Positions 53,234 to 62,330 of a stretch of 62,428 nucleotides of DNA are shown piece by piece. The notes under the pieces were generated by a model. It saw nothing but the letters and a program-made list of their open reading frames with translations, was not told the origin of the DNA and made no database searches. Location of the stretch: contig DULM01000128.1 in assembly GCA_012840405.1 (NCBI GenBank), forward strand, positions 1-62,428. The letters run 5' to 3'. The stretch's first letter is position 1. Every line of letters begins with the position of its first letter. The position numbers and the translations under genes were made by a program. This DNA comes from Syntrophomonadaceae bacterium (lineage in GTDB: Bacteria > Bacillota > DSM-12270 > Thermacetogeniales > Thermacetogeniaceae).

Positions 53234-53690
53234 ATGATTGCTGTTTCGAATACTACTGCCATAATATATTTGGCAGAAATAGATCATCTCCATATTTTAA
53301 GGGGATTATTTGGTGATGTTTTGGTACCTGAACAAGTCTATCGTGAGATTAAGGAGCCCACGAAAAACAAAGTAGTTAGTTGTAACTGGATCAAAAAAGT
53401 TAAAATACACTCTGCTAAAACTTATGAGTACTTGACAAATATAGTACACCTTCACCCCGGAGAGGCCGCTGCAATTACATGGTGCACTTGAGAAGGATGC
53501 CAATTACCTGATAATGGATGAAACTCATGCTCGAATAGAGGCAAATATAATCATTAAACAAAATAATCTTAGCTTAAAGATTATGAGCTTACCAACAATG
53601 CTGAAAATCGCATATAAACGTAAAATTATTCAAAACTATCTGGATACACTAACCAATTATATAGAGCTGGATATATGCCATCTTGTTTAG
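53234..53690 (+). pseudogene. DUF3368 (PIN-like) toxin gene interrupted by a frameshift
   Basis: N-half MIAVSNTTAIIYLAEIDHLHILRGLFGDVLVPEQVYREI...HPGEAAAI stops at 53491. The family-typical C-half LEKDANYLIMDETHARIEAN...IMSLPTMLKIAYKRKIIQNYLDTL continues in the +1 frame to TAG at 53688-53690. TGAtATG junction with the antitoxin ORF. Confidence 0.55.
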
Positions 53691-54378
53691 ATAAAGATAC
53701 TTTGTTTAAACTCAATGAAGAATAAACATTTACTTGGTTCACTGTTTTTCGCTGTGAGCCTTTAGATCGCTTAGTGTAAATCAATCGAAGGACTATAGTA
53801 AGGTAACCTTCACCAACTCGGCAACTACTGAAACAGTTAATAGTCCATCCATAAACATTCCTCTTTCTCCATAATTGTCGAAATATTTCATTGATTAATT
53901 TAATTAAAATGGATTAAAATTGAATGATTTTGTATAAAAAAGGCAATGGATCATGAAATACCGGGATTTGTGACTCCCGGCAACAAGCCATCAATATGCC
54001 ATCACCGGGGCAATAGCATCATCAAAAGTAAGAGTTGCTGTCTTTAAAAACACCTGCTTACCTGCCGCCATAAACTGGCTCAATAGTAGGTTAATCTCCC
54101 TCTGCTCTATCAAAAGTTCCTGCCTGTCAGCTTTTTGCCCTCTAGTGCCGTCGCTTTCAGCTTGTTAATTTGTTCTCTTAACTGTTTTCCAGTTCTTTTT
54201 TTCCAATTCTGCCTCAAACAATGCAGGGAATGGGCGTAGCCTTTCAGCAGGTTGCGCCAAGCCTACCTATCCATCCAAATTTGCCCTTATTATTCAAACC
54301 AACATGTAATTATTTAAGCACTATAAAACTGTACACAACATATTATCGGTCTGTTCCCTTGCTCGGTACAAATAATAA

Positions 54379-55149
54379 TCATATTCCGAAAAAACTCTTT
54401 GCACTATTGGTTGTAACTGCTGCCACTTCTTCAGGGGAAAGATCTTTGATCCTGGAGATCTCCTCTATTACCGCAGTCAGGTAAGAGGGTTCATTCCTCT
54501 TGCCTCGCCAGGGTTGGGGGGCCAGGTAAGGGCAGTCTGTTTCCAAAAAAATGCGCTCTAGGGGGACCTTGGAGACAACCTCCCTCAGTTCATTGTTTTT
54601 GGGGTAGGTCAGTGTTCCGCCAATACCCAGATAATATCCCCTTTCCAGGCAGATATCAGCTACCCGCTGGTCCCCGGAAAAGCAGTGGATCACTACCCCT
54701 GCCAGCCCTGGGAAGTCTTTTAAAATGGAAAGGACTTCATGGTGTGCCTCCCGGTCATGGATGATCACAGGAAGGTTCAATTCCCCAGCGATTTCCAGCT
54801 GTTTTCTAAAAACATCTACCTGGATTTCCGGTGGAGAGAAATTGTAATGGTAATCCAGGCCGATCTCCCCCCAGGCTACGACCTTACTGCTTTCGCACAG
54901 GAGACGCAGCCCATCCCAGGTGCGGGGCACCACATCTTTAGCATCATGGGGATGCACCCCCACAGCAGCATATATCTGTTTGTGCTCCTCCGCCAGGGCA
55001 ACCGCCCGGCGGGAGGAGCTGAAATTGCTTCCAACACTGATCATCTGAGAAACACCGTTTTCCTGTGCCCTTGCCAGAACAGCGTTCAAATCAGCGGAAA
55101 ACTTGTCATCATCCAGATGAGCGTGAGTATCAATTATTTGATAAGCCAT
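54379..55149 (-). CDS. tatD: TatD-family metal-dependent hydrolase/DNase
   Basis: IIDTHAHLDDDKF...VGVHPHDA...IGEIGLDYHY...PVIIHDREAH...ETDCPYLAP. Confidence 0.9.
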   Translation of the reverse strand: MAYQIIDTHAHLDDDKFSADLNAVLARAQENGVSQMISVGSNFSSSRRAVALAEEHKQIYAAVGVHPHDAKDVVPRTWDGLRLLCESSKVVAWGEIGLDYHYNFSPPEIQVDVFRKQLEIAGELNLPVIIHDREAHHEVLSILKDFPGLAGVVIHCFSGDQRVADICLERGYYLGIGGTLTYPKNNELREVVSKVPLERIFLETDCPYLAPQPWRGKRNEPSYLTAVIEEISRIKDLSPEEVAAVTTNSAKSFFGI

Positions 55150-55175
55150 TTTGCTACCCCCAGTTGTGATTAATC

Positions 55176-55213
55176 AAAACCGCCGGTGGAAACTGTTCCC
55201 ACCGGCCGGTTTA
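55176..55213 (-). terminator. Hairpin terminator after metG
   Basis: Minus strand reads CCGGTGG-GAACAGTTT-CCACCGG followed by CGGTTTTGATT. Confidence 0.45.
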
Positions 55214-55267
55214 AGCTCTCTGCCGCAACCAGCGGCATTTCAATCCCCATTTTTTGCCTTAATGCAA

Positions 55268-57220
55268 CTATTTTACACGGCTGCCTGGGGGAACTTCCCG
55301 GTCCACAGTAAGGACCCCTAGGTCATTCCCTTCACTGGCGGCCAGAATCATACCATAAGAGGTAACACCCCGCAGTTTGACCGGTGCCAGGTTGGCAACG
55401 ATCACCACCGATTTTCCGACCAGGGATTCGGGGGTGTAGTGCTGGGCAATACCTGCCACAATGGTCCTTGTTTCCTCTCCCAACTCAACTTCCAGCTTAA
55501 GCAGCCGGTCAGCCCCCTTTATCTTTTCCGCACTCTTGACCACAGCCACCCGCAGGTCCAGCCGGGCAAATTCATCTATGGTGATCTGCGGCTTTTCTGC
55601 TGGAGCCTTTTCTTTGCTCCCTTTTACTGCTTTCTTCTCAGTTGCTTTCTCTTCTTCCTTTCCGCTCTTCACTTCTGCTTCACTTTCCAGCATGATACGC
55701 GGGAAAATACCTGGACCAGGTTCTATGCGAAGATTGACAGGCATTCTGCCCCAATCCTCAGTGCTGTCCCAACTGTGCAGTTCCGGCTGGTTGGCAATCC
55801 CAAACTGGCTAAACACACGCTCAGGAAAAACAGGCATAAAAGGTGAACACCAGATGGTCAGGATGCGCACCGCTTCACTGAGGTTATAGAGAACGGTCTT
55901 TAGCCTCTCTTTTTGCTCAGGGTCCCGGGCTAAAACCCAAGGGGTTGTTTCATCAACATAGCGGTTGGCACGGCGCACCAACTTCCAGATGGCAGCCAGG
56001 GCGCTGCTGAAATCCATTCGCTCCAACTGCTGCTCCAACTCCACTTTCACTTCCCGGGCACAGTTGATCAGATCATCATCAGGGCTCTCAGCTGGGCCAG
56101 GTGCAGCCAAAACACCGCCTTGGTATTTTTTGATCATGCCCAAGGTACGGCTGATCAGGTTCCCCAGATCATTGGCCAGGTCTGTATTGATCCTGTTGAT
56201 CAGGTCCTCCTCACTGTAGTAACTGTCACCGCCATAGGGAAGTTCCCGCAACAGGTAGTAGCGCACTGCATCCACCCCATAGCGGTCGATTAAGATCATG
56301 GGGTCAACCACATTCCCCTTTGATTTGGAGATTTTCCCTCCCTCCAGCAGCAGCCAGCCGTGGCCAAAAATGGTGCGCGGCAGAGGGAGCCCCGCAGCCA
56401 TGAGAATGATCGGCCAGATCACCGAATGGAAGCGGACAATATCCTTTGCCATCAGATGAACCGCATGGGGCCAGTAGTGGTCAAAACGCTGATCCCCATC
56501 TTGCCATCCCAGAGCTGATAAATAGTTGACCAAAGCGTCAAACCAGACATAAACCACATGCTCAGGTGCAAAGGGAACCGGAACACCCCATTTGAAGCTT
56601 GTCCTGGAGACACAGAGGTCCTCCAGCCCGCTCTTGATAAAATTGATCATTTCATTACGCCGGGAGGCTGGTTGGATAAAGCTTGGATTCTCTTCTATGT
56701 ATTGCAGCAGGCGGTCCTGATACTTGGAAAGCCTGAAAAAGTAACTCTCTTCTTTAACATGCTCTACCGGCCGTCCACAGTCCGGGCAGTTACCATCAAC
56801 CAACTGCCGTTCCAGCCAGAAGGCTTCACAGGGGGTGCAATATAAGCCCTCATAATAGGACTTATAGATATCCCCTTGCTCATACAGCTTTTGAAAAAGA
56901 GCCTGAACAGCCTTTTCATGGCGTGGCTCAGTGGTACGGATAAAATCATTATTGGTGATCAGTAATCTTTCCCATAATTGTTGAAAGGAGGCAACAATCT
57001 TATCTACATAGCTTTGCGGGTCCATACCCTTTTCCGCAGCCTTCCTCTCTATTTTCTGACCGTGTTCGTCAGATCCTGTCAAAAAAAACACATCATAGCC
57101 ACGCATCCGCTTATAGCGGGCCATACAATCTGCTGCCACTGTTGTATAGGCATGTCCGATATGCAGTTTATCACTGGGGTAATAAATCGGTGTTGTTACA
57201 TAAAAAACTCGATCATTCAT
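55268..57220 (-). CDS. metG: Methionine--tRNA ligase with C-terminal tRNA-binding (EMAP/Trbp111-like) domain
   Basis: FYVTTPIYYPSDKLHIGHAYT (HIGH), KISKSKGN (KMSKS), CPDCGRP zinc knuckle, C-terminal LDLRVAVVKSAEKIKGADRLLKLEVELGEE. Start set at MNDRVFY (ATG 57220) by comparison with Bacillus MetRS. Confidence 0.95.
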   Translation of the reverse strand: MNDRVFYVTTPIYYPSDKLHIGHAYTTVAADCMARYKRMRGYDVFFLTGSDEHGQKIERKAAEKGMDPQSYVDKIVASFQQLWERLLITNNDFIRTTEPRHEKAVQALFQKLYEQGDIYKSYYEGLYCTPCEAFWLERQLVDGNCPDCGRPVEHVKEESYFFRLSKYQDRLLQYIEENPSFIQPASRRNEMINFIKSGLEDLCVSRTSFKWGVPVPFAPEHVVYVWFDALVNYLSALGWQDGDQRFDHYWPHAVHLMAKDIVRFHSVIWPIILMAAGLPLPRTIFGHGWLLLEGGKISKSKGNVVDPMILIDRYGVDAVRYYLLRELPYGGDSYYSEEDLINRINTDLANDLGNLISRTLGMIKKYQGGVLAAPGPAESPDDDLINCAREVKVELEQQLERMDFSSALAAIWKLVRRANRYVDETTPWVLARDPEQKERLKTVLYNLSEAVRILTIWCSPFMPVFPERVFSQFGIANQPELHSWDSTEDWGRMPVNLRIEPGPGIFPRIMLESEAEVKSGKEEEKATEKKAVKGSKEKAPAEKPQITIDEFARLDLRVAVVKSAEKIKGADRLLKLEVELGEETRTIVAGIAQHYTPESLVGKSVVIVANLAPVKLRGVTSYGMILAASEGNDLGVLTVDREVPPGSRVK

Positions 57221-57367
57221 CGTTTCACCTGCTGATGCCTTTTCTTCTAACACAGGTTTAACTCCTTTCATGGTGAATATCTTTAAAAAATTATTATACC
57301 AAAAAAGTACTGCAACGGCCAATTCTTACAAGATCTAAAAATTTATATATTTTTTTGCAAAAAGGGG

Positions 57368-57396
57368 TTGACTGTTAATGGTAAAGCTGGTATGCT
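57368..57396 (+). promoter_or_regulatory. Sigma-A-type promoter of abrB
   Basis: TTGACT-N17-TATGCT, about 48 nt upstream of the abrB ATG. Confidence 0.45.
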
Positions 57397-57443
57397 TTCC
57401 TTAGCGAATCTTGTCGAATAATATACGGGAGAGGGGGACGAGC

Positions 57444-57692
57444 ATGAAGTCAACAGGTGTCGTACGTAAAGTGGACGAGCTCGGCAGGGTAGTAATCCCT
57501 ATTGAGCTGCGGCGCACTTTAGGCATCGCAGAAAAAGATGCACTGGAGATCTACGTTGATCACGAAAAGATCATCCTGAAAAAATATGAGCCAGCCTGCA
57601 TCTTCTGCGGAAATGCTGACAACATAACCCATTTCCGTGGGAAAAACATCTGCCAGGAATGCTTAAAAGAAATGGCTCGTGAAGCAGGTTGA
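57444..57692 (+). CDS. abrB: Transition-state regulator AbrB with C-terminal CxxC...CxxC motif
   Basis: MKSTGVVRKVDELGRVVIPIELRRTLGIAEKDALEIYVDHEKIILKKY, then EPACIFCGNADNITHFRGKNICQEC. GAGAGGGGGA RBS. Confidence 0.9.
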   Translation: MKSTGVVRKVDELGRVVIPIELRRTLGIAEKDALEIYVDHEKIILKKYEPACIFCGNADNITHFRGKNICQECLKEMAREAG

Positions 57693-57730
57693 TGCCAACA
57701 GCTCTAGCATGACCATACCCCGATTCTGAT

Positions 57731-57760
57731 AAAACCCCTCTTGAGGGGTTTTATTTTTCT
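57731..57760 (+). terminator. Bidirectional rho-independent terminator (abrB / rsmI convergent)
   Basis: AAAACCCCTC-TT-GAGGGGTTTT followed by ATTTTTCTTT. Confidence 0.75.
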
Positions 57761-57764
57761 TTCA

Positions 57765-58595
57765 TCATCCATGGTACAGTCTGTACACCTGGCTTTTGCT
57801 CAAATCGAGAGCTTTCCCAACAGCCCGGCAGGCCTGATGCAGATCCGACCCGGCTCTGATGAGAGCAGTCACCGCTTCCTTGACAAGCTCACTATCTACT
57901 GACAGGGGATCCGCTGTTGTTTCGGTTTTTCCCTCTACCACCAAGGTGATCTCCCCTTTAGGCGGTGCTGCAGAAAAATGCTCCAGTGCACTGGCAAAAG
58001 AACCCCTAAAAACCTCCTCAAAATGTTTAGTGAGTTCTCTGGCCACTGCCACTCTTCTTTCAGCACCCCAAATATCGCAAAAATCCTGCAGTGTTTCCTG
58101 AAGCCGGTGGGGTGCCTCATAATAAACACCTGTCCAGGGATTTTCCTCCTGCTCTTTGAGCTGCTGCCTCCGCTCCCCTTTTTTGCGCGGCAAAAAGCCG
58201 AAAAAATAAAAAGGATAAGGCTTAAAACCAGAGATTACTAGGGCGGCAATAACAGCAGAGGGGCCAGGCAGAACTGTTACCTGATGGCCGGCTTCCAAGG
58301 CCTGCTGCACCAAGATGTAGCCCGGATCCGATACCCCTGGTGTGCCTGCATCACTCACCAGGGCAATCTCTTTCCCCTTATCCAGTTCAGCCAGCAGAGA
58401 AGATGCCTTTCCCCGCTCATTATGCTGATGATAGCTTGTGGTTTTGGTGGTTATTCCATAGTGGTCCAGGAGTTTGCGGGTATGACGGGTATCTTCGGCA
58501 GCAACAAGATCAACCTGTTTCAACACCTCAAGGGCGCGCAGGGTGATATCATCCAGGTTCCCCAGAGGTGTGGCACAGAGATAAAGCCTGCCCAT
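57765..58595 (-). CDS. rsmI: 16S rRNA (cytidine1402-2'-O)-methyltransferase
   Basis: GRLYLCATPLGNLDDITLRALEVLKQVDLVAAEDTRHTRKLL...SDAGTPGVSDPG. Confidence 0.9.
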   Translation of the reverse strand: MGRLYLCATPLGNLDDITLRALEVLKQVDLVAAEDTRHTRKLLDHYGITTKTTSYHQHNERGKASSLLAELDKGKEIALVSDAGTPGVSDPGYILVQQALEAGHQVTVLPGPSAVIAALVISGFKPYPFYFFGFLPRKKGERRQQLKEQEENPWTGVYYEAPHRLQETLQDFCDIWGAERRVAVARELTKHFEEVFRGSFASALEHFSAAPPKGEITLVVEGKTETTADPLSVDSELVKEAVTALIRAGSDLHQACRAVGKALDLSKSQVYRLYHG

Positions 58596-59408
58596 TTATT
58601 CCTCCTCCACCTCTATTATCTCATCTTCTTCCTCTATTATCTCATCATCTTCCCCTTCCCCATCCTCTGCTGTAGTTTCCTGATTGCAGCAACCATAGCA
58701 TTCATTCTCAAATTTCAGGCAGCACATCAAGCGGCCGCAAAGCCCGCTGATTTTACTGGGATTTAAAGAGAGATTCTGGCCCTTGGCCATACGGATGGAG
58801 ACCGGTTCAAAATCACCCAACCAGGTACAGCAGCAGAGTTCCCTGCCACAGGGACCGATACCACCCAGGAATTTAGCCTCATCCCGGACACCGATCTGCC
58901 GTAGCTCAATCCGGGTTTTGAAAATGGCTGCCAGGTCTTTCACCAATTCCCGAAAATCCACTCTTCCCTCTGCAGTGAAATAAAACAGTATTTTCCCTAC
59001 ATCCAGAGTAAATTCCACATCGATCAGCTTCATGGGCAGCCCGTGTTCCGCGATCTTTTCTTCACAAATGGCAAAAGCCTCACGGGCGCGCTTTTTGTTT
59101 TCCTCAATGGTTTTTATATCATCTTCAGTGGCCTTGCGGATCACCTCACGCAAAGGGGCAACAATCTTTTCCACAGGCATTTCCCGTGGCCCTATGACAA
59201 CAGTACCAGCCTCGATCCCCCTTATAGTCTGCACAATAACCAGGTCATTTACTTTAAGCTCTTCTTCCCCTACCTTAAAATAGTATATCTTCCCTGCGGG
59301 GCGGAAGCGCACACCTACAACAGTAACAGTACCGCTCTCAGGCAGTTCTACAATTGTATCGTTATCCTCTTTGAACTCGCAAAACTCTTGAGCTTCATCC
59401 ATTTTCAT
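58596..59408 (-). CDS. ricT: PSP1-domain regulator RicT (YaaT)
   Basis: VVGVRFRPAGKIYYF...PSP1 core...RELCCCTWL...GLCGRLMCCLKFE. Acidic D/E tail. Start ambiguous (59426/59408/59402). Confidence 0.85.
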   Translation of the reverse strand: MKMDEAQEFCEFKEDNDTIVELPESGTVTVVGVRFRPAGKIYYFKVGEEELKVNDLVIVQTIRGIEAGTVVIGPREMPVEKIVAPLREVIRKATEDDIKTIEENKKRAREAFAICEEKIAEHGLPMKLIDVEFTLDVGKILFYFTAEGRVDFRELVKDLAAIFKTRIELRQIGVRDEAKFLGGIGPCGRELCCCTWLGDFEPVSIRMAKGQNLSLNPSKISGLCGRLMCCLKFENECYGCCNQETTAEDGEGEDDEIIEEEDEIIEVEEE

Positions 59409-60231
59409 CCCTACTTTCCAAAACAATAGTGCTGCCGCACTGCAATTTTCTCTGTACCCGATAAAGGGTCAGACTCAACACCAGTGGTACAGAAGCGTTC
59501 TCCTCCAACTGCCTCATCCCCTCCAAGAGCAGGCTCAAACAGGTAGCCAAAGAGCTTTTTCGTTCAAACCGGTATTCCCGTTCCAAAACAGTTAACACAG
59601 CCTGCAGTAAATTGCGGGCAACCCCCCGGTCTGATCCCAAAAGACGCAGCTCTTTGAGCAGTTTTGCAGGAGTGCCATCTTTCAGAATTCTGACAAAGCT
59701 GTCAGCCTCCTGCTCCTCCCCTGACCCTAGTTTTTCTCCACCGCCCCTGAAGTAAACCACCCTGCAGCGGGATACAATTGTGGGCAACAGAGAGCGTTCA
59801 TCCTCAGTGGTCAGCAGAAAAACCGTACCAGGGAGAGGCTCTTCAAGAACTTTCAGCAAACTGTTGGCTGCAGGTGCAGTCAACAGTTCCGGCTGTTCCA
59901 GCAGAAACACCTGATGCCTGCCTAAATTGGGCCTGTACCTGAAAAAGGAATTCCATAAACGCAGCTGCTCCATTTTGAGAGAATTGCCCTCAGGCTGCAA
60001 GTAATGGTAATCGGGATGCAACTGTTGCAGCCAGGCCTGGCAGGATACGCAAGCATTACAGGGGTGACCATCTTCCGGTTCCAGGCAGAGCAGTCCCTGC
60101 ACAAACCACATCACTATTTCTTTTTTCTCTTCTGAAGAGCGGCCAGCCATTAGATAAGCATGGGCGATGGATCCCTTCTTTAGATCCTCCTTAAGCTGGC
60201 CCCTCACCAGGCTGTCACCCCGGAGTTTCAA
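59395..60231 (-). CDS. holB: DNA polymerase III subunit delta'
   Basis: IAHAYLMAG (degenerate P-loop as in delta'), Zn module PCNACVSCQ, HPDYHYL, FLLEQPELL..AANSLLKVLEEP, TIVSRC. TTG start. Confidence 0.85.
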   Translation of the reverse strand: MKLRGDSLVRGQLKEDLKKGSIAHAYLMAGRSSEEKKEIVMWFVQGLLCLEPEDGHPCNACVSCQAWLQQLHPDYHYLQPEGNSLKMEQLRLWNSFFRYRPNLGRHQVFLLEQPELLTAPAANSLLKVLEEPLPGTVFLLTTEDERSLLPTIVSRCRVVYFRGGGEKLGSGEEQEADSFVRILKDGTPAKLLKELRLLGSDRGVARNLLQAVLTVLEREYRFERKSSLATCLSLLLEGMRQLEENASVPLVLSLTLYRVQRKLQCGSTIVLESRDENG

Positions 60232-60244
60232 CTCTTCAACCCCC

Positions 60245-60913
60245 TTAAAAAACCCCTCCTTGATGGCTCCCTTTGATAAATGCTATTAGATGCTTCCAGA
60301 CCTGCTGATGAACAAGCTCAGGCTGAGAAGATGCATCAACAACCCTGATCCTCTCCGGGTATTTCTTGACTAAAAAGTGGTAACCATCCCATACCCTCTG
60401 GTGGAAAGTGATATCCTCCTGTTCCAGCCGGTCCTTTTCCCTTTTCTTTCCCCTTTTCAGTCCCTCTTCAGGGGGGAGGTCAAGCAAAATAGTGCAGAAC
60501 CTTCCCAATCTATTTAAAGCAAAACGGTTAACCTGCCGCAGCATTTCCAAATCAAGACCCCGTCCAAACCCTTGATAAGCAAGGCTGGAGTCCACAAAAC
60601 GATCACAGAGAACAATCTTTCCTGCAGTCAATGCCGGAAGGATTACCTCAGCCACCAGTTGGGAACGGGCACTTGCATAAAGGAGTGCTTCAGTCACCGG
60701 GGACATCTCTCTGTTATCGGAATCCAGCAAAAGCTGCCTGATCATCTCTGACAGCCGGGTTCCCCCGGGTTCTCTGGTCATCAGCACAGAATAGCCCATA
60801 TTTTGCAGTCGTTCCGCAGCCAGTTTCACCTGGGTGGTCTTTCCTGCTCCATCTGGTCCCTCAAAAACGATCAGCTTCCCTGGATATTCCACCAACTCAA
60901 CTCCCTGCAACAA
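60245..60913 (-). CDS. tmk: Thymidylate kinase
   Basis: KLIVFEGPDGAGKTTQ...TREPGGT...DRF..SSLAYQG. A GTG at 60892 (AGGGAG RBS, no overlap with the upstream stop) is an equally good or better start than the track TTG at 60913. Confidence 0.9.
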   Translation of the reverse strand: MLQGVELVEYPGKLIVFEGPDGAGKTTQVKLAAERLQNMGYSVLMTREPGGTRLSEMIRQLLLDSDNREMSPVTEALLYASARSQLVAEVILPALTAGKIVLCDRFVDSSLAYQGFGRGLDLEMLRQVNRFALNRLGRFCTILLDLPPEEGLKRGKKREKDRLEQEDITFHQRVWDGYHFLVKKYPERIRVVDASSQPELVHQQVWKHLIAFIKGSHQGGVF

Positions 60914-62330
60914 TTTTGATCAAACCCTTTTTCTGGCCTGGCCAGCTGCCCCCAGCCCTTTCCCAGTCATGTAAAAACTCCAGCAGTTCACCATCGATCC
61001 GCTCCCCCGGACAGAGCACAGGCACTCCCGGTGGATAAGGGGCGATCACCTCAGCTGCGATCTTACCCAGTGCACTGTCCCAAGGTACCAGGGAGAAATC
61101 TGCAAAAAAGGCCTCCCGTGGTGTCAGCAACTGCTGGGGAAGGGGTAGTCCCCTGAAATCAGGAACTGAACGGCTTTTCCCACTGCATGTAGAGCAAGCG
61201 GTAGCCAGTGAGGAAAAACCATCGATCAGAAGGTCAGCCTTTTCCAAACTGGCCGGGCCTAGAATAAGAACAAGATTATAAAAATCAGCCATCTCTACCA
61301 GGATTCTTTTCTGCCTGTACAGCCAGTCTGCAGCCTCAAAGCCTGTAATCCCCAGCCCTCGCACATTGACGATCAGCCGGGAAGGATCATACTCAACCAC
61401 ACCGGGCAGCTCCAGCAGTTTACTCCCTGGGGCAAAAAGCCCTGGGATCCGGGAGATCTCCAAACGCAGCCTATGGCCTAGATGAGCCACAGCCTCCCAC
61501 TGCTCCTCCTCCTGCTCACACTGACAGCAGGCGGCATCCAAAGAGGCCATTAACAGATAGGATGGACTGCTGGACTGAACTATCCGCAGGGCATCCCTGA
61601 GCCGCTGGTCACCTTTCTCCCTGCAATGGAGAAATGCCGCCTGAGTAAAGGCTCCCAACACCTTATGGGCACCCTGTGCCGCAAAATCCGCGCCTGCCTG
61701 GAGAGCAGTTACCGGGAAGAGCTCACTGGCTACAAAATGGGCTCCATGGGCCTCATCAACCAGCACCACACACCCCTTTTGGTGTGCTGTTTTAACCTGC
61801 TGCCCCAGATCTCCGGTCAATCCATAATAATTAGGGTGCAGCAACACAACCAGCGGTTTTTCCCCATTATCTTCCTCAGTCAAAATCTTCTCCAGACTGC
61901 AGGTTTCCACCTGGCCTAGCAACCCCAAATCGGGAGAATACCCAACAGGTAAATACATAGGCTCTGCTCCGCTCAGGATCAAACCGTTGATCACTGACTG
62001 ATGGCTGGACCTGGGGAGCACAACCTTCTTACCTGGTCCGCTCTGGGCCAGCATAACAGCAAGAATACCAGCGGTAGTGCCGTTTACCAGAAAAAAGGTC
62101 TCAGTTGCTCCAAAATAAGCAGCAACTCGATCTTGTGCCTCAGCAATAACCCCTTGCGGGTCCTGAAGGTTATCAAGCCCTGGAAGTTCTGTCAGGTCCA
62201 GCTGAAAAACCATATCACCTAACAAGTTGTGCCACTCTGGAAGAGCACCTGCTCCCTGTTTGTGCCCTGGTGTATGATAACTGATATAACCTTCCCCTGC
62301 GTGGCGGGCAAGTGCTGCCAGCAGGGGCAT
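60897..62330 (-). CDS. Orn/Lys/Arg decarboxylase family PLP enzyme (YaaO-like)
   Basis: YHTPGHKQG...FFLVNGTTAG...DEAHGAHF...QGAHKVL (PLP Lys). Same position as B. subtilis yaaO next to tmk. Start at MPLLAAL preferred. Confidence 0.85.
   Translation of the reverse strand: MPLLAALARHAGEGYISYHTPGHKQGAGALPEWHNLLGDMVFQLDLTELPGLDNLQDPQGVIAEAQDRVAAYFGATETFFLVNGTTAGILAVMLAQSGPGKKVVLPRSSHQSVINGLILSGAEPMYLPVGYSPDLGLLGQVETCSLEKILTEEDNGEKPLVVLLHPNYYGLTGDLGQQVKTAHQKGCVVLVDEAHGAHFVASELFPVTALQAGADFAAQGAHKVLGAFTQAAFLHCREKGDQRLRDALRIVQSSSPSYLLMASLDAACCQCEQEEEQWEAVAHLGHRLRLEISRIPGLFAPGSKLLELPGVVEYDPSRLIVNVRGLGITGFEAADWLYRQKRILVEMADFYNLVLILGPASLEKADLLIDGFSSLATACSTCSGKSRSVPDFRGLPLPQQLLTPREAFFADFSLVPWDSALGKIAAEVIAPYPPGVPVLCPGERIDGELLEFLHDWERAGGSWPGQKKGLIKIVAGS

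Larger units (their letters stand above)
51953..53920. mobile_element. AT-rich island of about 2 kb bounded by a perfect 14-bp inverted repeat (candidate non-autonomous insertion/cassette)
   Basis: AATTTTAATCCATT at 51953-51966 and its exact reverse complement AATGGATTAAAATT at 53907-53920. The base composition change (by eye) coincides with these ends. All internal ORFs are on the plus strand, against the local orientation. No transposase or integrase gene was seen. Confidence 0.35.

Noticed and set aside
53800-53898. 32-codon minus-strand ORF (MKYFDNYGERGMFMDGLLTVSVVAELVKVTLL) inside the island as a possible type I toxin
   Set aside because: It has no RBS, no clear TM-length hydrophobic helix and no antisense RNA features. 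Such ORFs arise readily by chance.
57221-57443. T-box or other riboswitch leader for metG
   Set aside because: Only about 100-150 nt separate metG from the divergent abrB promoter. No specifier-loop/T-box (AGGGUGGNACCGCG-like) sequence or terminator/antiterminator pair is visible.
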